A DNA stretch of 64,000 bases from Paratractidigestivibacter sp. (GTDB taxonomy: Bacteria > Spirochaetota > Spirochaetia > Treponematales > Treponemataceae): assembly GCA_963644915.1 (NCBI GenBank), contig CAVIQW010000002.1:44724-108723 (forward strand), given 5' to 3'. Every line of letters begins with the position of its first letter. Within the stretch, counting starts at the first letter, position 1. Shown here piece by piece: positions 19,856 through 30,769 of the stretch. The position numbers were made by a program, and so were the translations under genes. The notes under the pieces were generated by a model, which saw nothing but the letters and a program-made list of their open reading frames with translations, ran no database searches and was not told where the DNA came from.

Positions 19856-20866
19856 ATGAAAAAATTGATGATTGCGGTTTCGGTTTTTGTCGCTTTGTTT
19901 TTAGCTTCTTGTGGAAAAGTTCAGGATTCAAACGGTTGGTATTCTGATTTTGATTCTGCAAAAAAGGTAGCACGGTCAAAGAATAAGGAAATTCTGTTTT
20001 TTGCAAATTCTGATGCGGATGTTCCTGGTAGTGCAAGTGGCGTTCAGGCGCTTTTGTCAAAGGAATTTGTAGATTCTGTAAAGGAGGATTTTGTTTGCCT
20101 TCATTTTGATTTTACAGATTTGCAGTCGGTTTTTGGTGTTCCTGACAATGAAATTTCCAGCAAGGAACAGAAGAATCTTGAAAAAAGACGCGACCTTTTG
20201 AATAAGCAGTTTAAAATTGCAGATTTTTATGGAATCCGTGAAACTCCGGTTATAAATATTCTTTCGAAAGACGGATATTTTATTTCGGAACTTAATTGCG
20301 AGTTTAATTCTGATAATGCGGAAGGTTTTTCCGGTTTGCTTAAACTTGAGGCGGACGAAATTTCTGAATTTAATAAAAAAGTCGATTCAACAACAAAAGG
20401 TTCAAAACAGGAAAAACTTGAAGCAATCGATGTTTTGTTTGAAGAGGCTGCGGATGTTCACAAACTTGCACTTTACGACTTGCTGAAAAAAGCGGTTTCA
20501 ATGGATTCAAAAAATTCTTCTGGAAAAATCGGAAAATATCTTTTTCAGATTGCACATACCGAGGCTTACGACAAGTTGCTTGAGCAGGATTTTGCCGGTG
20601 CACTTAAAATTTATGAAAAATGTGCGGAAAATAAGTTTGTTAGCCCGGAAGATGTTCAGTCCTTGTATTATATGTGTGCTGAACTTGCGACAAAACTTCC
20701 GGATGTAAAGATTGAGGATATTATTTCGTACATAAATCAGTCTGTTCAGGCAGCTCCAGAAAGTGAACTTGTTCCTCAGCTTCAGCAGTATATTGAATAT
20801 CTTGAAAATGCTGTTGCTGCTAAAAATAATGCAACTTCTGAAAATTCAGAAAATCAATCTGAGTAA
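19856..20866 (+). CDS. Lipoprotein, possible thioredoxin-fold N-domain lacking CxxC, helical C-domain
   Basis: 336 aa. Lipobox LFLASCG. The N-terminal segment (WYSDFDSAKKVARSKNKEILFF) resembles thioredoxin-like/DUF255 proteins, but no redox cysteines are present. Confidence 0.55.
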   Translation: MKKLMIAVSVFVALFLASCGKVQDSNGWYSDFDSAKKVARSKNKEILFFANSDADVPGSASGVQALLSKEFVDSVKEDFVCLHFDFTDLQSVFGVPDNEISSKEQKNLEKRRDLLNKQFKIADFYGIRETPVINILSKDGYFISELNCEFNSDNAEGFSGLLKLEADEISEFNKKVDSTTKGSKQEKLEAIDVLFEEAADVHKLALYDLLKKAVSMDSKNSSGKIGKYLFQIAHTEAYDKLLEQDFAGALKIYEKCAENKFVSPEDVQSLYYMCAELATKLPDVKIEDIISYINQSVQAAPESELVPQLQQYIEYLENAVAAKNNATSENSENQSE

Positions 20867-20869
20867 AAT

Positions 20870-22144
20870 TTGACAAACCTTGTTCTTTTTGGGCTGCTGT
20901 TGGCTTCGGTGGCTTTAGTAACTTTATCGATGCTCTTTAGTGTTTCTGAAAGCGCGTTTCTTTCGATGAATAAACTGCGTTTGAGGATTTTGCGAAAAGA
21001 AAAAAACAAGAAGGCGTTGAGGGTAAGCCGTCTGCTTGAAAATAAAGAGCATCTGATAAATACGTTGCTCATTGCAAATGACTTGGTTAACATTCTTTTA
21101 AGTTCAATTATTACTGCGGTTGCAATGCATATTTTTGGAAGCAAAGGTGTTGGAATTGCGACTTTTGCAGTAACTTTGGTTCTTTTGATTTTTGGGGAAA
21201 TTACTCCAAAGGCAATATCTACACGAAAACCGGACGGAATAGCATACGCACTTTCTGTTTTTGTGGACGTGATTGTTCATATACTGCGTCCGGTTGTTGT
21301 TCTTTTTACTGCATTCAGCCGGCTGGTCTTAAAAATCCGTGGAATCAGCGTGGAAAAACCAGAGCATACTTATTCAGAAGAAGATATAAAATCTTTTATT
21401 GAAGTTGGCGAAGAAACAGGTGTTCTTGAAAACGGCGAAAAAAATATGATGAATTCTGTTTTTAAGTTTACGGATATTACTGCCGCGGAAATAATGGTTC
21501 CGCGTACTTCAATTGTTCGGCTAAAAGAAACTGCGACTTATTCTGATGTGATTGAAAAGGCTCAAAAGACGAAATTTTCAATGTTTCCAATTTATAGAAA
21601 AAATATTGACGACATAATCGGGATTATTTATTTAAAGGATTTGTTAAAATCTAATCCTGCGGAGTTTGACCTGAAAAAACTTATGCGTCCGCCACTTTTT
21701 ATTCCTGGGACTAGAAAAATTACTTCTGTTGTGCAGGTTATGCAGGAAAATAAGCAGTCAATGGCAATAATTATTGATGAATACTCTGGAACGGACGGAC
21801 TGATTACACAATCTGATATTCATCGGGAAATTTTTGGAACCACAGGAAACAAATCTTCGTGGCAGGATGAAAAAAATCTTGAGATCTTGAAGAATCAGGA
21901 CAATTTTACAGTTGACGGATCAACATTGCTTGTTGACTTGAAAATTTATTTTGGAATAAAACTTGAATCAAACATAAATGACACGCTTGGTGGCTGGATT
22001 ATAGAAAAACTTGACCGTCTGCCTGTTGCGGGAGATTCTGTTGAAGATTCTGGCGTTGTCTATACGGTTGTTGCAATAGAAAAACATAGGATTACTCAGG
22101 TTCAGATTGTAAAAAAAGAAACGGAAGGTAAACTGAATGATTAA
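20870..22144 (+). CDS. CNNM/DUF21-CBS-CorC_HlyC family transporter (hemolysin-like TlyC/CorC)
   Basis: 424 aa, TTG start. N-terminal DUF21 TM domain, CBS pair, C-terminal CorC/HlyC domain. Confidence 0.85.
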   Translation: MTNLVLFGLLLASVALVTLSMLFSVSESAFLSMNKLRLRILRKEKNKKALRVSRLLENKEHLINTLLIANDLVNILLSSIITAVAMHIFGSKGVGIATFAVTLVLLIFGEITPKAISTRKPDGIAYALSVFVDVIVHILRPVVVLFTAFSRLVLKIRGISVEKPEHTYSEEDIKSFIEVGEETGVLENGEKNMMNSVFKFTDITAAEIMVPRTSIVRLKETATYSDVIEKAQKTKFSMFPIYRKNIDDIIGIIYLKDLLKSNPAEFDLKKLMRPPLFIPGTRKITSVVQVMQENKQSMAIIIDEYSGTDGLITQSDIHREIFGTTGNKSSWQDEKNLEILKNQDNFTVDGSTLLVDLKIYFGIKLESNINDTLGGWIIEKLDRLPVAGDSVEDSGVVYTVVAIEKHRITQVQIVKKETEGKLND

Positions 22145-23417
22145 AAATATTCTTTTTATTTGCGTTCTTTTTGTTATTGTTAATCTGATTGCCTTTTTCG
22201 CTGGCTCTGAAACAGCTTTTCTTTCTATAAACAAGATTAAGCTTAGAAAAATGATTGGCGAAGGCAGGAAAAATGCGAAAACTGCGGCTAAACTGCGCGA
22301 GAATATCGACGAACTTTTGACAATCGTTCTTATCGGCATTAATTTTATGAATACGCTTGGTTCTGCGATTGCAACTGCGCTGGCTGTTTCGTTGGTGGGA
22401 AATTCTGGCGTTGGAATTGCGACTGTCTGTTTTACATTTTTTTCGGTAATTTTTGGGGAGATTATTCCAAAAACTGTTGCCGGGCGTTATACAGAAGAAA
22501 CTGTCTGTAAAAATTCTGTTCCTCTTCTTGTTTTGGAAAAAGTTTTTTTTCCGGTTGTGGTGATTTTTAGCACAATTTCTAAAGTGACTGCGAGCCTTGC
22601 AAAAAATATTTTAAAGGATGATTCGCCGCTTGTTACGGAGCAGGAATTAAAAACTCTGATTGATGTTGGTGCTCAGGAAGGAACTCTTGAGGCTTCTGAA
22701 AAAACGATGCTTGACAAGATTTTCAGGTTCAATGATTTGACCGTTCACGACATAATGAAGCATCGTTCGCTTGTAAAATCGGTTTCTGTAGATGACACTC
22801 GCGAAAAAATCGTGCAGATGTTTGTTTCTACCGGTCTTTCTATGTTGCCGGTTTATGAAGGCTCAAAAGAGTCGATTGTCGGTGTAATTCATTATAAATC
22901 AGTTCTTTTTGCCTCTGAAAAAAATAATGAGGGAAGTTTTGCTTCGGCTATTATGAAGAATGTTCTTTTTGTACCGGAAACTTTTACCGCACTGGAGCTT
23001 CTTGCGAAATTTAAGAAAGAACACACTGAATTTGCGGTTGCGTTGAATGAACAGGGGTTTTTGGCTGGCGTTGCTACAATCGATGATATTCAGCGGGTTG
23101 TTTTTGGAAGAATGACTGATGATGACAAGTCTAAAATTCCTGCCGAAGAAAGAATTAAACTTGTCTCTGCAAATGAATTTATTGTTCCTGGCGACCTAAA
23201 ACTTGATGATTTGAATTCAATTTTAAAGCTCAACCTTGAGTCTGACGAATATATGACTCTTGGCGGATGGCTTTTGGAAAAAATTGGTTATTTGCCTTCT
23301 ACCGGAGAAATTTTCAGTTGGGATGATTGTCTGTTTTTTATTGAAGATCAATCACAACGTAGAATTCAGCAAGTCAGAATAAAATTAGTGAAATCGGGTT
23401 CTGTTGCAAAAAAATAA
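22137..23417 (+). CDS. CNNM/DUF21-CBS-CorC_HlyC family transporter, tandem paralog
   Basis: 426 aa. Same architecture as the upstream gene and overlaps it by 8 nt. Confidence 0.85.
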   Translation: MIKNILFICVLFVIVNLIAFFAGSETAFLSINKIKLRKMIGEGRKNAKTAAKLRENIDELLTIVLIGINFMNTLGSAIATALAVSLVGNSGVGIATVCFTFFSVIFGEIIPKTVAGRYTEETVCKNSVPLLVLEKVFFPVVVIFSTISKVTASLAKNILKDDSPLVTEQELKTLIDVGAQEGTLEASEKTMLDKIFRFNDLTVHDIMKHRSLVKSVSVDDTREKIVQMFVSTGLSMLPVYEGSKESIVGVIHYKSVLFASEKNNEGSFASAIMKNVLFVPETFTALELLAKFKKEHTEFAVALNEQGFLAGVATIDDIQRVVFGRMTDDDKSKIPAEERIKLVSANEFIVPGDLKLDDLNSILKLNLESDEYMTLGGWLLEKIGYLPSTGEIFSWDDCLFFIEDQSQRRIQQVRIKLVKSGSVAKK

Positions 23418-23424
23418 GGCGTTT

Positions 23425-24174
23425 TTATTCTGCAAGCGGATCTGAGGCGAAAATTTTTGCCATCTGTTTTCGTGTTGCTTCCATATCTTTTGGATAAGGT
23501 GCAGAAAACGTGAGTTGTTCACCTGTTTTTGGGTGCGTAAAAGTGATTTTGTATGCGTGGAGTGCGAGCCGGCTTAAAAGAGGTTGTTCTTCAAGTTCAT
23601 CGCCACGCCAGGAACGCTTTATTTCGCTAAGCCTGATTGGTTTTTGGTTTCCGCTGTACAAAGGGTCGCACACAATGCTGAATCCGTTTTCTGCCAGGTG
23701 AACTCGAATCTGGTGCGTTCTGCCCGTCTTTGGACACGCTTCAATCCAACTGTATGGACCACATTCCGCAATCACCTTAAAATCTGTTGCGGAAGGCTTT
23801 CCGTATCTTTTGTTTACAACAGTTCTGTGTCTTGCGTCGCCGTCTGGCATAAGAGGAAGTTCAACGTGTAAAGTGTTCCACATGGGTCTGCCGTGGACAA
23901 GGCAATGATATACTTTGTGGATTTTTCGTTCTTGAAATTGCTCTGAAATATTTTTGTGCGCGTCCGGATTTCGTGCGTAAATAATTATTCCTGAAGTGTC
24001 TTTGTCTATGCGGTGAACTGCATAAAGTTTTCCGAATTCTTTTTCTGCAAGAATATCAAGGCGCGGTGCGTCCAAGTCGTATCTGTCGGCGGCAATCAAA
24101 AGTCCGCTTTTTTTGTTAAGAATTACAATGTCATCATCTGAATAAATAGTTGTGTAGTCAGGAATTTTCTTCAT
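23425..24174 (-). CDS. RluA-family pseudouridine synthase
   Basis: 249 aa. Catalytic motif HRIDKDTSGIIIYA, plus the family-typical HQIRVHLA motif. Confidence 0.88.
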   Translation of the reverse strand: MKKIPDYTTIYSDDDIVILNKKSGLLIAADRYDLDAPRLDILAEKEFGKLYAVHRIDKDTSGIIIYARNPDAHKNISEQFQERKIHKVYHCLVHGRPMWNTLHVELPLMPDGDARHRTVVNKRYGKPSATDFKVIAECGPYSWIEACPKTGRTHQIRVHLAENGFSIVCDPLYSGNQKPIRLSEIKRSWRGDELEEQPLLSRLALHAYKITFTHPKTGEQLTFSAPYPKDMEATRKQMAKIFASDPLAE

Positions 24175-24307
24175 AAGCGGATTATACAGGTTGCTTGAAT
24201 ATTGTTCAACTTTTTAAATGTATGATAAAATATTTGAAACTTTTTGAAAGTTTGATTGTCTTATTTATAAATCGGATTTTATTAAATTAATATCTAAAGG
24301 GGTAAAA

Positions 24308-26017
24308 ATGTCTGCTCTATATCATGATTTTCTTGTTGAAGACCGGGAATTTAAGGATTACGATGATTTTAAAAAGCATTGCAAATTAAAAACAAAAGAA
24401 GATTTCAATTTTGCTTACGACATAGTTGATCGCTATGCAAGTGATTTCCCTGGAAAACGGGCATTAGTTTGGGTTGATGATAACGGAGAGGAAAAGAATT
24501 TTACTTTTGATGATATTTCTTGCGAGTCAAAGCGTGCCGCTTATTGGCTTGTTTCAAAAGGAATTAAAAAAGGCGATACTGTAATGCTGATTTTGCGTCG
24601 CCGATATGAATGGTGGATTTTGATGCCGGCACTTCACCGTATTGGTGCGATTGTAATTCCTGCAACCGACCAGCTTCTTCAGTCTGATATTGAATACCGG
24701 GCAAATGCCGCTGAAGTAAAAATGATTATTTCTTACGATAATCCTAACATTCAGGGTGAAATCGACAAGGCGATGCCAAAATCAAATACTGTAAAATATC
24801 TTGTTACAGTTGGAAAAGAAAAACGTGATGGATGGATTAGTTTCCACGAAGAATATGCAAATCTGCCTGCGGAATTTCCTCGTCCTGTTGGAGATGCCGC
24901 GACTCACAACAAAGACCCGATGTTGCTCTATTTTACGTCTGGAACCTCTGGCTATCCAAAAATGGTTCTTCAGGATTACGATTACCCGATTGGTCATATT
25001 ATTACTGCAAAATATTGGCACGGAGTTGTTGAGGATGGACTTCATCTTACAATTGCGGAAACTGGATGGGCAAAATCAACCTGGGGAAAACTTTATGGCC
25101 AGTGGATTGCTGGAACTGCGTTGTTTGTGTATGACATGAACAGTTTTAAACCTACAAAAATGTTGGAAATGATTTCAAAATATGGTCTTACAACTTTCTG
25201 CGCGCCGCCTACAGTTTACCGTTATTTGGTTCGTCAGAATCTTAGTAAATATGACTTGAGCAAATGTACTCGCTTTAGCACTGCTGGAGAAGCCTTGAAC
25301 GGTGAAGTTTACAACAAATGGCTTGAACAGACTGGAAAGAAAATCTACGAAGGTTACGGTCAGTCAGAGTCTACAATTATTTGCGGAAACTTCCTTGACT
25401 ATTCAGAAATTCGTCCGGGTTCAATGGGACGTCCAAATCCGCTTTACGATGTTGAAATTTTAAATGCGAACAACAAGCCTGTTCCAGTTGGAGAAACAGG
25501 AGAGCTTTGTATTCACGTTGAACATGGCCGTCCGTTTGGACTTTTGATGGGCTACCACAAGGATGTCGTTCTTACTGCGAATGCTTTTGACGGCGGAGTT
25601 TACCATACAGGCGATAATGTCTACATGGATAAAGATGGTTATGTCTGGTTTGTGGGAAGAAAAGACGATATTATCAAGACTGCCGGTTACCGGGTAAGTC
25701 CGTTTGAGGTTGAGTCAATTCTTCAGCAGCATCCTGCGGTTATGGAGTGTGCTGTTACAGGCGTTGAAGATCCAAAACGTGGAATGGCTGTAAAGGCTAC
25801 AATCGTTCTTTCTCCGGGATATGACACAAAAGATCCGAAAGAGATGGAAACAGAACTTTCAACGTTTGCAAAAGAAAATACTGCAATGTACAAATGTCCT
25901 AGAATCTTTGAATTTGTAAAGGAATTGCCAAAAACTATTTCTGGAAAAATTCGTCGCGTGGAAATCCGCGAAAAGGACAAGGGAAAGGCGCAGGAAAACA
26001 TCAAACAGGAGTTTTAA
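24308..26017 (+). CDS. AMP-forming acyl-CoA synthetase (medium-chain/ACSM-like adenylate-forming enzyme)
   Basis: 569 aa. AMP-binding motif YFTSGTSGYPKMV, plus YGQSE, GDNVYMDKDGY and the C-terminal SGKIRR. Confidence 0.85.
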   Translation: MSALYHDFLVEDREFKDYDDFKKHCKLKTKEDFNFAYDIVDRYASDFPGKRALVWVDDNGEEKNFTFDDISCESKRAAYWLVSKGIKKGDTVMLILRRRYEWWILMPALHRIGAIVIPATDQLLQSDIEYRANAAEVKMIISYDNPNIQGEIDKAMPKSNTVKYLVTVGKEKRDGWISFHEEYANLPAEFPRPVGDAATHNKDPMLLYFTSGTSGYPKMVLQDYDYPIGHIITAKYWHGVVEDGLHLTIAETGWAKSTWGKLYGQWIAGTALFVYDMNSFKPTKMLEMISKYGLTTFCAPPTVYRYLVRQNLSKYDLSKCTRFSTAGEALNGEVYNKWLEQTGKKIYEGYGQSESTIICGNFLDYSEIRPGSMGRPNPLYDVEILNANNKPVPVGETGELCIHVEHGRPFGLLMGYHKDVVLTANAFDGGVYHTGDNVYMDKDGYVWFVGRKDDIIKTAGYRVSPFEVESILQQHPAVMECAVTGVEDPKRGMAVKATIVLSPGYDTKDPKEMETELSTFAKENTAMYKCPRIFEFVKELPKTISGKIRRVEIREKDKGKAQENIKQEF

Positions 26018-26107
26018 AAGCCGAATAAGATAAAGCCGTCATTAAAAAATTGTTTTAGTGGCGGCTTTATTTTTGTTATCTTTATTATTTTTGTATTAAA
26101 AAGTCTT

Positions 26108-27538
26108 TTATTCCGCAAGTTGCTGAATCAGAAAAACCAGATTTTCTAGTTTTTCGTGCGACATAAGCGGATTCAGCAATGTAAATTTAAGACAGACAAA
26201 TCCATCTGAAACTGTTTGACCGATAACAATTCCGTGCTTGTGCAACAGTTCCCTACGGATTTTTTTATTCGTTTCATCGCCTTTTATGTGCCTGAAAACG
26301 ACGGAAGTAATTTCTGGTTCTGTAACAACTTTGAAATTTTCATTGTTTTTTATAATTTCATAAAGGAATTTTGCATTTTCCATACTTTTTGTGATTATTT
26401 CGTTCCATCCGTCTTTTCCTCTTGACTGAAAAGCCATCCATACTTTGAGCGCATCAAAACGTCTTGTTGTCTGAAGTGATTTGTCAACAAGATTTGTGTA
26501 GCCGTCTTCTTCGTCTTCTGTTCTGTTCAGATAATCTGCGTGGATTGTCAGTGCGTCAAAATCTTCTGATTTTTTTACAAGCAGAGCAGAGCAGCTTATT
26601 GGAAGCAGAAACATTTTGTGAAAATCCACGGTTACTGAGTCGCAAAGGTAAAGATTTTTTACTTTAGAGGAATATTTTTCGCTAAGAATTACACCCGAGC
26701 CGTAAGCCGCATCCGCATGAAGCCACATATTGTAATGGTTGCAAAGAGAAGAAATCTGTTCAATTGGATCAATTGAGCCAAAATCTGTTGTGCCGATTGT
26801 TGCGACCACAAGAAATGGAATGTTTCCAGCCACAATATCTTTTTGAACGAGGTAATTCAACGCTCCAAAATTCATTTTTTTGTTTTCGTCAACAGGAACT
26901 TTTACAACGCTTTCATAGCCTAGCCCTAGAATGTGAGCAGTCTTTTCCATAGAAAAATGGCTTATTTCGCTTGTGTACATTCTGAGTTTTCTAAAATTTT
27001 CTGGGAGTCCGTGTTTTTTTACGTCGTAGTTCATTATTTTTGAAATAAACCAGTCGCGTGCAAGGATAATTGCTGTTTCATTTGACTGGCTTCCCCCGGA
27101 AGTAAAAACTCCATCAGAACCTCGCCTAAAACCAAAAAGTCTGCACAAATGCTTTATTACTTCTGTTTCAATTTCTGTTGCTGCTGGTCCCTGGTCCCAA
27201 CTGTCCATAGACTGATTGAAAGTTGAAATTATCAGTTCGCTCGCAATGCTTTCTAGAATCGCAGGGGAATGCAAATGCGGCATATAATCTGTTGAAGAAG
27301 TCCGCAAAAGGTTCGGAAGAATTTTATCTTTTGTGACTTCAAGAGTTTTTTGCCAGCCCAAGCCTTTCTCTGGTAAAATTGAATTCTGCTGGACAATTTT
27401 TTGAAGTTCCTGTGGAGTTAGTCCAGAATAAGCGGTGTCTGTTGAAAAGGTTTCTAGAATTGCCTGAACAGTTTCGTCGATTATTTTTTTATATTGCTCT
27501 TTTGAATTTTGTTCGTTTGTAAGAAAAATATTTTGCAT
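26108..27538 (-). CDS. ddc: PLP-dependent group II decarboxylase, probable L-2,4-diaminobutyrate decarboxylase
   Basis: 476 aa. Group II decarboxylase fold with the PLP-lysine motif DFHKMF. The substrate is assigned only from the nearby dat gene. Confidence 0.7.
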   Translation of the reverse strand: MQNIFLTNEQNSKEQYKKIIDETVQAILETFSTDTAYSGLTPQELQKIVQQNSILPEKGLGWQKTLEVTKDKILPNLLRTSSTDYMPHLHSPAILESIASELIISTFNQSMDSWDQGPAATEIETEVIKHLCRLFGFRRGSDGVFTSGGSQSNETAIILARDWFISKIMNYDVKKHGLPENFRKLRMYTSEISHFSMEKTAHILGLGYESVVKVPVDENKKMNFGALNYLVQKDIVAGNIPFLVVATIGTTDFGSIDPIEQISSLCNHYNMWLHADAAYGSGVILSEKYSSKVKNLYLCDSVTVDFHKMFLLPISCSALLVKKSEDFDALTIHADYLNRTEDEEDGYTNLVDKSLQTTRRFDALKVWMAFQSRGKDGWNEIITKSMENAKFLYEIIKNNENFKVVTEPEITSVVFRHIKGDETNKKIRRELLHKHGIVIGQTVSDGFVCLKFTLLNPLMSHEKLENLVFLIQQLAE

Positions 27539-27630
27539 AAATTAATTATAAAGAAAAAACAAAAAAAAATCATTTTCGCGCCATTTTAATTTTATTTTTT
27601 TTTAAAATAAGAGTAGAATAATTTAAGCCT

Positions 27631-30600
27631 ATGTTTGAAACTCAATGGGAAATAGTACAAAAATTTGTTTTTACGTGTGAGAGTTCTGTGTGTATTCTGA
27701 GTGTCCCAGATACTGTGATTACGGATGAATTCAAAAAGAATTTTTGCGTAATTGACGTTTGTGCGGATTTTTCGCCGTTTAAACCGTTTCTTTCGATTGT
27801 TTCGCAGAATTCTACACAAGAAACTTTTGAATATGTTGAAAAAAATGCATATTCAGTGCAGAAAGATTCATTTCTCTCGTATTTAAAGACTGGACTCGCA
27901 GATTTGCGGTATGATATTCCGCTTGCAAATGAGTTTGTTTACGAGCAGAACCGTTTTATTAAGACAATTGTTGAGCTTTTGGGACAACTCCCGGTAAAAA
28001 ATTATCTTATTTTGAACAGTCAGTGCCTTTCTAAGGAGTCTATTGAAGTTATAAAGGCGGTTGAAAAATCAGATATAAAAAGCAAATTTGCCTTTTGCTT
28101 TACTTCTGAAAAAAATGATTTGGACCAGACAGAGGCGGCAAAACTTCTTGAAGAATATAGCACAAAACCGAATTATCTTCATTTGATGACAAAATTTGTT
28201 TCAATTGCAAAAGATAAGACTGAATATAAGCTGATTTTTGATTTTTCGCCGGATGAGCAATTTAAAATTGTTCTGAAAACTTTAAGAAACAACCGGGTTT
28301 TTATGGTTTTGGAACAGTTGAAGGATTTTTCGCTTTGGGTTTCTGCAAATTTTGGAAAATTTGATTTTGAGGAAAATGAAAAAAGAATTTTAAGCCTTGA
28401 ACTTGCAAAATCGTTGTTTCAGTGTTCTCTTATTGACGAGGCAATTCTTTATCTGAATGATGTGATTGATGCCCAGGAAGAAGACGAGATTGAAGGCGTG
28501 GCGTTTTATTATCTTGCCCGTGCGTTTTCGTTTAAAAAATCAATTTTGCTTGCCCAAAAATATTATGTTTTTGCGGAAAAAATCTTTCAAAAAGAAAACA
28601 ATATGAGTTATCTTGCGTTGGGTGCGATGCTTGATTTTCATATAGCTAAAAGAATTTCTGCTGAAGATACGATTGCCAAATATCAGTATGCGTTAAAACT
28701 TTTGAGGCAGCAGGGGTTTTTGAACAATTATATCAGTGTTTGTATTTCTGTTCCTTGGAAGTTGGTGAATGACGAGGCTTCTAGAAAAAGTATTGAAGAC
28801 GAAGTCGATATGTGCCTTGAATTGGCGGAAAAAATTGACAATCAGCACCTTGTTTCTACGGCTTGCCATTGGAAAGGAATTATCTGCTCTCATTTTGGCG
28901 AAATTGACAAGGCACTGGTCTGGTACGATAAATGCAACGAAATTCGCACTAAAATTGGTGAACTCGGTCCGATTTTGAATATCAGGAATGGATTGTGTTA
29001 TGATGCGACTTGCCGTGCGATGTACAAAAGGGCTTTTGACCTTGAAAACGGAATAATAGCTCGCCTTTTAGAAATCGGGGATTTTGCCTCTGTTACTGAT
29101 ACTCTAAAAAATGTTGCTTATGCGCTTTTTTATTCCCGGCATTTTACAGAAGCGTACGAACTTTTTAATGTGATTGCCCATTATCTTGATATTTTTAATA
29201 TGTCAGAAATGGCGAACAGTTCATTTTTGCCTTCGCAGAATGATATTTTGATTTTTAAGTCGATTATTAATTTTGCCCAGGGTGATTTTATCCGCGGAAG
29301 AATAAACCATTCAAACATTGTGCAGGATTTGGATTCTGTTACAAAAGAAGACCTTCCGTTCGTTTACTATATTGAGGCAGTTTTAAGCGCTGACGAAAAG
29401 CAGATTGAAGCGTCTGGGGCTTTTTTCGAAAAATGTATTGCTGAATTCAGGGAAATAAAAAGCAAACTTACTCACAAAATCGTTTTTGCCTACTATGAAT
29501 ATGCGGTTGTGCTTGACCGGCTTGGTTATAAGAAAGAATCCGAAGAATACATCAGCAAAGGTTTTGATATTGCAAAGGGTGAAGATTACAAATATTACAC
29601 AAAAGATTTGACAGGCGGCACAAAAAAGTCAATTTCTGTAAAAGAATACGTTGACGACGTTGAAAAATTTGACAAGCTCAATCTGAATATTTCAATGCTT
29701 AATGAAAAAGCCGAAAAAGAACAGCTTTTGACATTGCTCCACAAGAGAATCCACGATTATCAGTTTATAAACAAAGTGAAAACCGGATTCATAAAAGACA
29801 TGAACCTTAAAAAGTATGTTCAGGGCGCTTTGCTGGATGTTGAAAAATATACTTTGTCGGAAGAAGTTTATTTTTGTGCAATTGAAAATGGAAAAGCAAT
29901 AATTTATGAGTCGATTGTTCATAACGAAAAACCTTCTGTTGATGAAACTCTTATAGAGAATCTTTTTGCAAAAAGCAAAAAAAACGATGTTTCGCAGATG
30001 GTTTACAAAGAAAAACAGAATCTTTATTTTGGTGACGCTTCGTATGCGGACTATAAATTTGGCTTAATCGTTGTTCCTTCAAAGGTAAACCCGATAAGTG
30101 TTGAGGTTCTGAACACGTTGAACATTGCGTTGGCAAGTATTCAGTCTCAGGTGGTTATTTACAAACAGGAAGAGCATCTTATGATTATGTCATCTACTGA
30201 TCAGCTTTCTAGGTTGAAGAATAGGCACGCATTCCAGGAGTGCATTGCGCTAGAAAGTGAGCGGGTTCGGCGTTACCAGCAGCGACGGGAAACTGTTATT
30301 CAGATTGCAGTTGCTTTTATTGATTTAGACAATTTTAAATATTACAACGATACTTTTGGACATTCTGTTGGCGACTTACTGATAAAAAGTTTTGCCGGAA
30401 TTTTGCGAGAAACGTGCCGAAAAATAGATTTTATTTCCCGGTACGGTGGCGATGAATTTGTAATTATTATGATTGATACAAATGCGGATGAAGGAAGACG
30501 TGTCTACAGGCGACTTTATGAGAGTTTGCAGAACCATGGATATTTCTTGCCACAGATAAAAGCTCTTCTAAAGCGTGATGATATTGAAGTTCCAGAAAAC

Positions 30601-30765
30601 AGAAGGCTTGGTTTTAGTATGGGAATAAGCACAAATCAGGATGTTGAAAAATGTGATGACATAGACTTGGTTGTTCAGAATGCGGACAAGGCTTTGTATT
30701 ATACAAAAAATAATCAGAAAGGCTCTGTTTCTGTTTGGGCGGAAATAAAAGATATGGTAGAATAA
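27631..30765 (+). CDS. Diguanylate cyclase (GGDEF) with a ~860-aa N-terminal helical/TPR-like region
   Basis: 1044 aa. The C-terminal GGDEF domain has an intact RYGGDEF (GGDEF at 30445-30459) and an RKID I-site five residues upstream. The start codon is uncertain because there is no clear RBS. Confidence 0.85.
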   Translation: MFETQWEIVQKFVFTCESSVCILSVPDTVITDEFKKNFCVIDVCADFSPFKPFLSIVSQNSTQETFEYVEKNAYSVQKDSFLSYLKTGLADLRYDIPLANEFVYEQNRFIKTIVELLGQLPVKNYLILNSQCLSKESIEVIKAVEKSDIKSKFAFCFTSEKNDLDQTEAAKLLEEYSTKPNYLHLMTKFVSIAKDKTEYKLIFDFSPDEQFKIVLKTLRNNRVFMVLEQLKDFSLWVSANFGKFDFEENEKRILSLELAKSLFQCSLIDEAILYLNDVIDAQEEDEIEGVAFYYLARAFSFKKSILLAQKYYVFAEKIFQKENNMSYLALGAMLDFHIAKRISAEDTIAKYQYALKLLRQQGFLNNYISVCISVPWKLVNDEASRKSIEDEVDMCLELAEKIDNQHLVSTACHWKGIICSHFGEIDKALVWYDKCNEIRTKIGELGPILNIRNGLCYDATCRAMYKRAFDLENGIIARLLEIGDFASVTDTLKNVAYALFYSRHFTEAYELFNVIAHYLDIFNMSEMANSSFLPSQNDILIFKSIINFAQGDFIRGRINHSNIVQDLDSVTKEDLPFVYYIEAVLSADEKQIEASGAFFEKCIAEFREIKSKLTHKIVFAYYEYAVVLDRLGYKKESEEYISKGFDIAKGEDYKYYTKDLTGGTKKSISVKEYVDDVEKFDKLNLNISMLNEKAEKEQLLTLLHKRIHDYQFINKVKTGFIKDMNLKKYVQGALLDVEKYTLSEEVYFCAIENGKAIIYESIVHNEKPSVDETLIENLFAKSKKNDVSQMVYKEKQNLYFGDASYADYKFGLIVVPSKVNPISVEVLNTLNIALASIQSQVVIYKQEEHLMIMSSTDQLSRLKNRHAFQECIALESERVRRYQQRRETVIQIAVAFIDLDNFKYYNDTFGHSVGDLLIKSFAGILRETCRKIDFISRYGGDEFVIIMIDTNADEGRRVYRRLYESLQNHGYFLPQIKALLKRDDIEVPENRRLGFSMGISTNQDVEKCDDIDLVVQNADKALYYTKNNQKGSVSVWAEIKDMVE

Positions 30766-30769
30766 GAAT

